24,000 bases of DNA from Desulfonatronovibrio magnus (lineage in GTDB: Bacteria; Desulfobacterota; Desulfovibrionia; Desulfovibrionales; Desulfonatronovibrionaceae): contig NZ_KN882175.1 in the NCBI RefSeq assembly GCF_000934755.1, positions 456-24,455 on the forward strand, written 5' to 3'. The position numbers and the translations under genes are program-made. A model generated the notes under the pieces. That model had not been told where the DNA came from. It saw only the letters and a program-made list of their open reading frames with translations, and did no database searches. Positions 7,990-14,545 of the stretch are shown here, one piece after another; position 1 is the stretch's first letter, and each line of letters starts with the position of its first letter.

Positions 7990-8102
7990 ATGGGCCTGGC
8001 TTTTTTTCTTGTAATCCACTGAAGAAAATGGTTACTTGACCTGAATTTGATTCAAAAGGGCTTTTTTAAAGGCTTTTCTGATAATATCCAGGGAACAGGG
8101 TG
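7990..8102 (+). repeat. ~113-bp imperfect direct repeat, copy 2 (right of fic and the DUF1016 remnant)
   Basis: See 6397..6510. Same orientation; the copies start 1593 bp apart. Confidence 0.8.
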
Positions 8103-8347
8103 TGGTCATCAGTGCTCCAATGACAACCTGAAGACTCTTACAGTGCCCATTTTGAGGGTAAAACAGGCGTTCTAAGGCAGAATATCAGCCTGTTTTTGGA
8201 ACGTATCATTTGAAAATTCAGCAGATTGGCTTGGTCCGACCCCAAACAACTGTTCCGCCAGATAATCTATAAGAAATCAATGGCCAGGAGATAAACATCC
8301 AACATGGTTTGCATCTCTTGAATTAACAACCAGCACCAATCAAAACA

Positions 8348-9571
8348 ATGGAATACACCACCAAAAACGAAGTTAATGATCTTTCCATCTTTCAAGAAGA
8401 CCAGAGGATTTATGATCAAAGAGCATGCGGCCGATTAAGAGGCAGTAGCACAAGTTTCCGAATTATCGACGCATTCTCCGGGGCTGGAGGTATGACTTTG
8501 GGATTTTCCGGGTTTCTCAACCACGCCTTTAAGCCGGTTTGGGCCAACGACTTCGATAAATACTGCGTTGAGACATACAATAAAAATTTCGGAGGACACT
8601 GTATTCCAGGAGACATTGTCGAGATATTGAAAAATCCCGCCATTACCATACCGGATGCTGACGTGGTAATCGGGGGGCCTCCTTGCCAGGGGTTCAGCCT
8701 GTTGAATAAAAATCGTGATGGCGATCCCAGAAAACAGCTTTGGAGGCCTTTTCTTGAAATTGTCGAACGTTCAGGGGCAAAGGCCTTTGTCATGGAAAAC
8801 GTTCCTCAACTTTTAGGATCATTTGAGCACGGTGAAATTATCGGCATGGCCCAAGCCATGGGCTTCAAGGTCTGGGCCGAGGTACTATGCGCTGCAGACT
8901 ATGGGGTCCCTCAGACCCGCCGCCGGGCGTTCATCATAGGATGCAGGATAATCGATCCCAAAGTGCTGTTTCCGCCACGAAAAACCCATTACAATCCCAA
9001 TGGAAAAAACAGTAAGCATTCTTCGTCGTTATTAAAACTGAGCGATTATCTGCATAAGCCAAAGAAATGGAAGAGTGTCAGGGATGCAATAGGAGATTTG
9101 CCCCCGCCTGAAGGAACTGAAATAAGAAATGTTCCACCACCGTTGGATCTGCATTTTGGACGTAATCCTACTGAACTCAGCCGGAAAAGATACCGGGCAA
9201 TCCCGGATGAGGGAATGAACCGCTTCGATCTGCAAAAAGTCGCCCCTGATCTCACACCCAAGTGCTGGCTCAGAAAAAAATCAGGTGGAACGGATTTATT
9301 TGGAAGGCTTTGGTGGGACAAACCTGCGTTCACCATCCGTACCGAGTTTTTTAAACCCGAAAAGGGCAGATATCTTCATCCTCAGCAACACAGACCCATA
9401 ACCCACCGTGAAGCAGCCAGACTGCAGACCTTTCCGGATGAGTTCGTCCTCAAGGGAACCAAGATTGAAATTGCCAAGCAAATCGGCAATGCGGTTCCTC
9501 CTGTGATGGCGGCCCGTGTAGCGGACGTGGTTTACACTCTTTTGACCTTCAAGGGTTACCACAATGGTTGA
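8348..9571 (+). CDS. dcm: DNA (cytosine-5)-methyltransferase
   Basis: All hallmark m5C-MTase motifs are in order: I DAFSGAGGMTLGF, IV GGPPCQGFS, VI FVMENVPQL, VIII QTRRRAFIIG, then a variable TRD, IX-like RPITHREAARLQTFPDEF, and X IGNAVPPVMA. Confidence 0.95.
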   Translation: MEYTTKNEVNDLSIFQEDQRIYDQRACGRLRGSSTSFRIIDAFSGAGGMTLGFSGFLNHAFKPVWANDFDKYCVETYNKNFGGHCIPGDIVEILKNPAITIPDADVVIGGPPCQGFSLLNKNRDGDPRKQLWRPFLEIVERSGAKAFVMENVPQLLGSFEHGEIIGMAQAMGFKVWAEVLCAADYGVPQTRRRAFIIGCRIIDPKVLFPPRKTHYNPNGKNSKHSSSLLKLSDYLHKPKKWKSVRDAIGDLPPPEGTEIRNVPPPLDLHFGRNPTELSRKRYRAIPDEGMNRFDLQKVAPDLTPKCWLRKKSGGTDLFGRLWWDKPAFTIRTEFFKPEKGRYLHPQQHRPITHREAARLQTFPDEFVLKGTKIEIAKQIGNAVPPVMAARVADVVYTLLTFKGYHNG

Positions 9572-9977
9572 CTGCTTCAGCGAAGAAAAAAGAAGCTGGG
9601 TCATGAGCCGGGTAAAAGGCTGTAATACCAAACCTGAAATGATAGTGAGGTCCATGGTCTTTCGCATGGGATTCAGGTTTCGCCTCCATCGGAGAGATTT
9701 ACCCGGAACCCCTGACATCGTCCTGCCCAGGCTCAAAAAAATCATATTCGTTCACGGATGTTTCTGGCATGGACATGAAAAGTGCTCCAAGCGTAAACGG
9801 CCGAATGAAAACCAGTCTTTCTGGAACAAGAAGCTCAACGACAATATCAATAGGGACAGGAACAACATTCAGCATTTGAAGGATCTGGGCTGGGACGTAC
9901 TTGTGATTTGGGAATGTGAAACCAGAAATGCACAAAACTTGTCAAAAAAATTAGAGGTTTTTTTAAATGACGGTTGA
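9564..9977 (+). CDS. vsr: very-short-patch repair endonuclease
   Basis: Contains SEEKRSWVMSRVKGCNTKPEMIVRSMVFRMGFRFRLHRRDLPGTPDIVLPRLKKIIFVHGCFWHGH...FWNKKLNDNINRDRNNIQHLKDLGWDVLVIWECE, the Vsr family signature. It overlaps the dcm stop by 8 nt (ATGGTTGA), like the classic dcm-vsr overlap. Confidence 0.93.
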   Translation: MVDCFSEEKRSWVMSRVKGCNTKPEMIVRSMVFRMGFRFRLHRRDLPGTPDIVLPRLKKIIFVHGCFWHGHEKCSKRKRPNENQSFWNKKLNDNINRDRNNIQHLKDLGWDVLVIWECETRNAQNLSKKLEVFLNDG

Positions 9978-10503
9978 TCAGGAAAAAACACTTCAGGAAA
10001 TCGAAAACCTGATTCTCAACTTCAAGGTCGAGCTTAAGAAGGATGACCTTCGATCAAAAGTAACTGCCTTGGTGCCGGTTTTCCATAAACTACGAAAGAT
10101 GGGCCAATCGTTGGTCTCTTCAAAGCACACATCCTCTGCGAGAGAGCGTATTCTTTATTACTTTCGTAAATATCCCAAAGTGGTGATTGCCTGTGATGAA
10201 CTGATGGTTGTCTCCGGAATACAGGATTACCCTCGAAGGATAAGGGAATTGAGGGTTCAGTTCGGTTGGTCCGTTGCTAGCGGTGTGACCATAAAGGAAA
10301 TGCTTCTGGATCAGGAGGTGGAAATTCCTGATGAATACCGGGACATGAAACCAGACGATTATGTACTGCTTGATGAAGACCAGGACAGGGATGCGGCCCA
10401 CCGGTGGAATCTGGCCAATAGCATTCGTAAAGAAAAAGGTTCGATTCGCAGCAAAATTCTCAAATATCTCCGGAAAAATGTGGGCAAACAGGTCACCAAC
10501 TAA
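9967..10503 (+). CDS. N-terminal portion (coiled-coil, first wHTH-like module, start of second module) of the cassette nuclease; ends at an in-frame TAA
   Basis: Overlaps the vsr stop by 11 nt. Contains RERILYYFRKYPKVVIACDELMVVSGIQDYPRRIRELRVQFGWSV. Near its C-terminus it starts a second copy of the same module (RSKILKYLRKNVGKQVTN*). It is in the same reading frame as 10531..10884. Confidence 0.6.
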   Translation: MTVDQEKTLQEIENLILNFKVELKKDDLRSKVTALVPVFHKLRKMGQSLVSSKHTSSARERILYYFRKYPKVVIACDELMVVSGIQDYPRRIRELRVQFGWSVASGVTIKEMLLDQEVEIPDEYRDMKPDDYVLLDEDQDRDAAHRWNLANSIRKEKGSIRSKILKYLRKNVGKQVTN

Positions 10504-10530
10504 GAATTACGATATGTTTCAGGAAACAAA

Positions 10531-10884
10531 ATGGAATGGGCAAGACGGGTCCGCGAGCTCAGGACTGAACTAGGGTGGCCCATAGTCACCAAGTCTACAG
10601 GCCGCCCGGACCTGGCAATAGGTGCCTACACGCTTGAAGCCGACCGTCAAGGTTATGAACACGATAGGAAGATACCAGACAATATTCGCAGGGAAGTGCT
10701 GCGGAGAGATGGATACAAATGCAGTGAGTGCAGCTGGTCACATGAAGAATGGAACCCCTCCGATCCAAGGCACCTCGAATTGCACCACATTCAATATCAT
10801 GCGAAGGGTGGTAAGAATACAAAAGAAAACCTCCAAACTTTTTGTACTGTATGTCATGACAAGATTCATAAGGTTAAGAAGTGA
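10531..10884 (+). CDS. HNH endonuclease (rest of the second wHTH-like module plus a Zn-finger HNH domain)
   Basis: Begins MEWARRVRELRTELGWPIVTK..., followed by YKCSECSWSHEEWNPSDPRHLELHHIQYHAKGGKNTKENLQTFCTVCHDKIH. That is CxxC...HH...N...CxxCH, the beta-beta-alpha-metal HNH signature. AGGA lies 6 nt upstream of the ATG. Confidence 0.8.
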   Translation: MEWARRVRELRTELGWPIVTKSTGRPDLAIGAYTLEADRQGYEHDRKIPDNIRREVLRRDGYKCSECSWSHEEWNPSDPRHLELHHIQYHAKGGKNTKENLQTFCTVCHDKIHKVKK

Positions 10885-10897
10885 TTTTTTTTGTAGC

Positions 10898-11086
10898 CCG
10901 TCTTTCGACAAGGCCAGATACACGGACTGGGACCGCCGTGACGATATCAAGGCCGAACTCAAGGCTGATCTGATCATTCTCCTGGCCGAGCACGGCTATC
11001 CCCCGGTGGACCGGGATGAAGTATATAAGGAAATCTTTGAACAGGCTGAGAATTTCAAGAAGTATCAAACCAGGGTCGGGGCTTGA
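10898..11086 (+). pseudogene. hsdR: 3'-terminal stub of a type I restriction enzyme R subunit
   Basis: The last ~60 codons of track ORF 10622..11086 read FDKARYTDWDRRDDIKAELKADLIILLAEHGYPPVDRDEVYKEIFEQAENFKK. This is the characteristic HsdR C-terminal tail (..L...gYPP......v..v.eQAe). The upstream part of that ORF merely overlaps the HNH gene out of frame. No helicase or nuclease domains are present anywhere in the window. Confidence 0.6.
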
Positions 11087-11195
11087 AAGGTCCCGTGCCA
11101 TAGACCAGGCTAAGCAGATACATTGGAATAAATCTTTTGTTGCAGCGTGAAAAAATATCTTTCCAACCTTTAACAAAACATATATGAGCTAAAGC

Positions 11196-12641
11196 ATGAA
11201 CCTTGAACAAATATTCTATGCACTAATCATTATTGGCATTCTGCTCATTGCAGGAAAAATAATTCGTCGCAAATTCGAAATCTTTCAAAAGCTATTCATA
11301 CCCGCGTCCATCATTGCCGGCTTTATCGGGCTGATTTTAGGCCACCAGGTCCTTGGCAACGGTCTTCAATTGATAATCAAACAAGAACACTGGCTCTGGC
11401 AGGGTCTATTCCCGCAAAGCATTCTTGATGTCTGGTCAGGACTTCCCGGGCTGCTTATAAGCGTGGTTTTTGCTGCCCTGTTTCTCGGCAAAAAAATTCC
11501 TCCAGTAAAAGAAATCTGGCATAAAGCAGGCCCCATGGTGGCTCATGGTCAAACCATGGCCTGGGGACAATATGTAATAGGCATTTCCCTTGCTCTTTTT
11601 CTGCTGACTCCCGTGTGGGGCATCAGCCCCTTATCCGGAGCACTGATAGAAATCAGCTTTGAAGGCGGCCATGGGACTGCTGCAGGCCTTGCCGATACTT
11701 TTAAGGAGCTTGGTTTTGCAGATGGAGCAGATCTGGCTCTGGCGCTGGCAACTGTTGGGGTTGTAATGGGAACTCTTCTTGGCATTTTGCTCATCAACTG
11801 GGGAGTTCGTACTGGCAGGATTAATCCCCCTGACAAAACCAGCAGTCAGGACATGGAAGAACTTGCAGACCATGATGAAAGAGAGACCCAAAATCTTGAT
11901 ATTGATAAATTCAGCGCCATGACCGAGCCTCTTTCCCTGCATCTGGCTTTGGTCGGTGCAGCCATAGGCTTTGGCTGGCTTTTACATCAGGGACTTATGA
12001 TCTTGGAACGAATGGCTTTTGGTGGAAGTGACTTTGAACTTATGCGCCACGTGCCTCTTTTTCCCCTGGCCATGATTGGCGGCGTCCTTATCCAGATCTT
12101 TCTGGATAAAGTACATTACTCAAAATACATTGACCGCAAACTTATAAATCGCATTTCTGGTGCAGCATTAGATATACTTATTGTTTCTGCCCTGGCTACA
12201 CTGTCATTAATGGCCATTGGCGAAAATATCTATCCCTTTTTAATAATTGCAGCTGCAGGAATAGCCTGGAACCTCTTTGGTTTTATCGTGCTTGCCCCGC
12301 TTATGTTTCCGAGAAACTCTTTTGCCATGGGCATGGGTAACTTTGGGCAATGCATGGGAATGACAGTCATAGGACTTCTGCTTATGCGTATTGTTGACCC
12401 TGACAACAAAACAGGTGCCATGGAAAGCTTTGGCTACAAGCAGCTGATGTTTGAGCCGGTTGTAGGAGGAGGCTTGTTCACTGCAGCTTCCCTGCCACTA
12501 ATCTATCAATTCGGCCCTGCACCAATACTCGCTGGAACTTCGGTCTTAGCTCTGGCATGGCTGATATTTGGACTGATTTATTTCGGACCACAAAAAAACA
12601 GCAAAAAAATGCAAAACACAGAGGAAGATGCTGCTCAGTAA
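11196..12641 (+). CDS. sodium/glutamate symporter family (GltS/ESS-like) transporter
   Basis: 481-aa polytopic membrane protein. The N-terminus LLIAGKIIRRKFEIFQKLFIPASIIAGFIGLILG and the central IEISFEGGHGTAAGLADTFKELGF match GltS signatures (compare E. coli GltS ITLSGGHGTGAAW). It is longer than classical GltS (~400 aa). Confidence 0.75.
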   Translation: MNLEQIFYALIIIGILLIAGKIIRRKFEIFQKLFIPASIIAGFIGLILGHQVLGNGLQLIIKQEHWLWQGLFPQSILDVWSGLPGLLISVVFAALFLGKKIPPVKEIWHKAGPMVAHGQTMAWGQYVIGISLALFLLTPVWGISPLSGALIEISFEGGHGTAAGLADTFKELGFADGADLALALATVGVVMGTLLGILLINWGVRTGRINPPDKTSSQDMEELADHDERETQNLDIDKFSAMTEPLSLHLALVGAAIGFGWLLHQGLMILERMAFGGSDFELMRHVPLFPLAMIGGVLIQIFLDKVHYSKYIDRKLINRISGAALDILIVSALATLSLMAIGENIYPFLIIAAAGIAWNLFGFIVLAPLMFPRNSFAMGMGNFGQCMGMTVIGLLLMRIVDPDNKTGAMESFGYKQLMFEPVVGGGLFTAASLPLIYQFGPAPILAGTSVLALAWLIFGLIYFGPQKNSKKMQNTEEDAAQ

Positions 12642-12730
12642 CTCTATCATTGGTGGCAGGATTCAGGAGCTTCCAGTCAAATTTGCCAACTGATCTTGTT
12701 CCTGAAAATATTGTCATAGTATTCTAATGC

Positions 12731-12748
12731 GGGTTGTGCCCACAACCC
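12731..12748 (+). terminator. GC-rich hairpin downstream of the gltS-like gene (possible terminator)
   Basis: GGGTTGTGCCCACAACCC is a perfect palindrome with a 6-7 bp usable stem, 90 nt after the stop. It is followed by AATTTA rather than a clean T-run. Confidence 0.3.
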
Positions 12749-12799
12749 AATTTAAACAAGGATCGTTTCAACCCGGGGCGATAACCGTATTTTTCAGAC

Positions 12800-12846
12800 T
12801 AAAGGCTAAAGGCTAAAGGCTGAAGGCTAAAGGCTGAAGGCTGAAG
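12800..12846 (+). repeat. 7-bp microsatellite (AAGGCTR) x ~6.5
   Basis: The sequence reads ctAAAGGCTAAAGGCTAAAGGCTGAAGGCTAAAGGCTGAAGGCTGAAGaat; units differ only at the R position. Confidence 0.9.
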
Positions 12847-12949
12847 AATAAGGACCCTGGATATTATTGCTCTTGTCAGGGTTAAAAAATTTCTTTTTTT
12901 CTACAGGACTGTGGCAGTAAGTTACTAAGGTTAAAACCCGATTGTGACG

Positions 12950-13030
12950 GCTTGACACTGCTTCCTGCCTGGAGGGGGACTGTCCATGCTTCGGGACTGT
13001 CTCCAAGTGACTTTTCAGAAACGCGTAGTG
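12950..13030 (+). repeat. collapsed/partial copy of the GGGAC(A/T)GTCCC-bearing repeat family
   Basis: CACTGCTTCCTGCCTGGAGGGGGACTGTCCATGC matches 23674-23720 (CACAGCTTCCTGCCCGGAGG..GGAGGGGGACTGTCCCTCGC). A second degenerate GGGACTGTCTCC and GTGACTTTTCAGAAA follow. It overlaps the track's ATG 12986. Confidence 0.5.
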
Positions 13031-13075
13031 CACCCTTTAGTCAGATGTCTTTTCACCAGAATTGAAGGAAAAAAT

Positions 13076-14290
13076 GTGCAATCTTTAAAAGAGCTTTACC
13101 GCTACGGCATGGGGCCTTCCAGCAGCCATACCATGGGGCCCAGACGGGCTGCGGAAATATTTCGCGAGCGTAACTCAAAAGCCTGCCAGATAAAGGTGGA
13201 TCTTTACGGAAGCCTGAGTCTGACCGGCAAAGGACACCTTACAGACCAGGCAATATTATCGGGCCTTGCACCCTTATCCTGCGAAATTATCTGGCATGAG
13301 AGCAGTCTTGACTTTCATCCCAATGGCATGCGCTTCAGATCTTTTGATGGCAACAACAATCTGCTGGAAGAATGGACTGTATTCAGTATTGGAGGCGGAG
13401 AACTGCGTGAACTGGGGCAATGTCAGGCAGAAACCCCTTATGTGTACAAGCAGGATTCCATGGCCATGGTGCTGGAGTGGACCGAAAAGACCGGCCAGCC
13501 CATATGGTCTCTAACAATGGAAACCGAGGGCCCATCACTTTGGGAATATTTGAAATTTGTCTGGGCCAAGATCAAACAGTCAGCTGAAGAAGGTCTTGGT
13601 AAAGAAGGCTGTCTGCCTGGTGGCCTGCACCTCAAGCGCAAAGCCCATAGCTTTATGGCCAGAACAAAACAGCTGCATAAAAAATCACAGCGCACAGCAC
13701 TCCTTTCAGCTTACGCCCTGGCTGTATCCGAGCAGAATGCTGCTGGGGGTTTTGTTGTGACTGCGCCAACCTGCGGATCGTGCGGGGTGCTCCCTGCGGT
13801 TCTTCTTTATCTGAAAAAAGAGCTCAAAGTCTCTGAGGACAGCATAATCAAGGCCATGGCCACTGCCGGCATTGTGGGCAATCTGGTTAAGAGAAACGCC
13901 TCTATTTCTGGTGCAGAGGTGGGCTGTCAGGGTGAGGTGGGAGTAGCCTGTGCCATGGCTTCTGCTGCAGCTGCTCAATTGATGGGAGGTACACCGCATC
14001 AGGTGGAGTATGCTGCTGAAATTGGTCTTGAGCATCATCTGGGACTGACATGTGATCCGGTTTTGGGGCTGGTGCAAGTCCCCTGCATAGAACGAAATGC
14101 ATTTGGTGCCATAAGAGGCCTGGCTGCTGCTGAATATTCCCTGCTTTCAGACGGTCGTCACCTGATAAGTTTTGACCAGGTGGTGGATGTTATGCAGCAG
14201 ACCGGACATGACCTCCCAAGTTTATACCGGGAAACATCCCAGGGCGGTCTGGCCAGGGCATTCAAACCTCAAAATAATGCAAGAGTTTAG
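13076..14290 (+). CDS. sdaA: L-serine dehydratase (iron-sulfur-dependent L-serine ammonia-lyase, single-chain)
   Basis: Family signatures are LYRYGMGPSSSHTMGP, VTAPTCGSCGVLPAVLLY, GAEVGCQGEVGVACAMASAAAA and LGLTCDPVLGLVQVPCIERNAFGA. The track start ATG 12986 lies inside an intergenic repeat and adds 30 non-conserved residues. I place the start at GTG 13076, with GAAGGA 6 nt upstream, giving VQSLKELYRYGMGPSSSH. Confidence 0.88.
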   Translation: MQSLKELYRYGMGPSSSHTMGPRRAAEIFRERNSKACQIKVDLYGSLSLTGKGHLTDQAILSGLAPLSCEIIWHESSLDFHPNGMRFRSFDGNNNLLEEWTVFSIGGGELRELGQCQAETPYVYKQDSMAMVLEWTEKTGQPIWSLTMETEGPSLWEYLKFVWAKIKQSAEEGLGKEGCLPGGLHLKRKAHSFMARTKQLHKKSQRTALLSAYALAVSEQNAAGGFVVTAPTCGSCGVLPAVLLYLKKELKVSEDSIIKAMATAGIVGNLVKRNASISGAEVGCQGEVGVACAMASAAAAQLMGGTPHQVEYAAEIGLEHHLGLTCDPVLGLVQVPCIERNAFGAIRGLAAAEYSLLSDGRHLISFDQVVDVMQQTGHDLPSLYRETSQGGLARAFKPQNNARV

Positions 14291-14450
14291 TCTTTTTGTA
14301 AGTAAACAGAGGACAGGTACACCGCGCCCCCTCGTTCCCAGGCTCCAGCCTGGGGACGTTAAGTACTTGCGGCTCCAGCCGCTTCTTAATATCAAAACCT
14401 GGATTCCGGCTTTCGCCGGAATGACGATAATGAGCTTCACTTTGCTTTAA
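14291..14450 (+). repeat. array of three GC-rich stem-loop repeat modules
   Basis: Three palindromes occur: CCCAGGCTCCAGCCTGGG (14337-14354), GCGGCTCCAGCCGC (14369-14382) and TTCCGGCTTTCGCCGGAA (14404-14421). Spurious ORFs across them give PRLQPGD and IPAFAGMT-type strings. I recognise these as recurring artefacts of intergenic repeats in many bacterial genomes. Confidence 0.6.
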
Positions 14451-14523
14451 CCGTCACCCCGGATCCCGGATCAAGGTCCGGGACAGGCTTTGATCCGGGG
14501 TCCAGTTTTTTTGAAGTTACTTA
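14451..14523 (+). repeat. ~70-bp hairpin repeat module, copy 1
   Basis: CCGTCACCCCGGATCCCGGATCAAGGTCCGGGACAGGCTTTGATCCGGGGTCCAGTTTTTTTGAAGTTACTT is nearly identical to the reverse complement of 17901..17970. It has an internal imperfect palindrome CCGGATCAAGG...CTTTGATCCGG. Confidence 0.85.
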
Positions 14524-14545
14524 TAAAATTATAAGGAATAACAAA

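Noticed and set aside
7990-8250. Minus-strand open stretch across direct-repeat copy 2 (...ALERLFYPQNGHCKSLQVVIGALMTTPCSLDIIRKAFKKALLNQIQVK*), considered as a transposase or HsdS C-terminal remnant.
   Set aside because: Copy 1 carries an indel that breaks the same frame. The resemblance to IS4-type or HsdS tails is vague, and there is no start codon or upstream continuation.
6587-10884. Apparent higher GC content of the fic and dcm genes relative to the flanking genes, as evidence for horizontal transfer.
   Set aside because: This rests only on hand counts of a few 60-nt lines (one fic line 34/60 and one dcm line 36/60, against 24/60 in the PBP-Cache gene, but another dcm line 22/60). That is too patchy to claim without a proper sliding-window calculation.
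10622-10897. N-terminal two-thirds of the 154-aa track ORF 10622..11086.
   Set aside because: It overlaps the HNH gene out of frame and has no homology signal. Only the last ~60 codons (the hsdR tail) are meaningful.
12781-12850. Tandem repeat considered as a CRISPR or minisatellite array.
   Set aside because: The units are 7 bp with no spacers, so this is a microsatellite rather than CRISPR. The same applies to the short TGCTGAT repeats at 23603-23625 and CAGGAAT x2.5 at 17781-17800.
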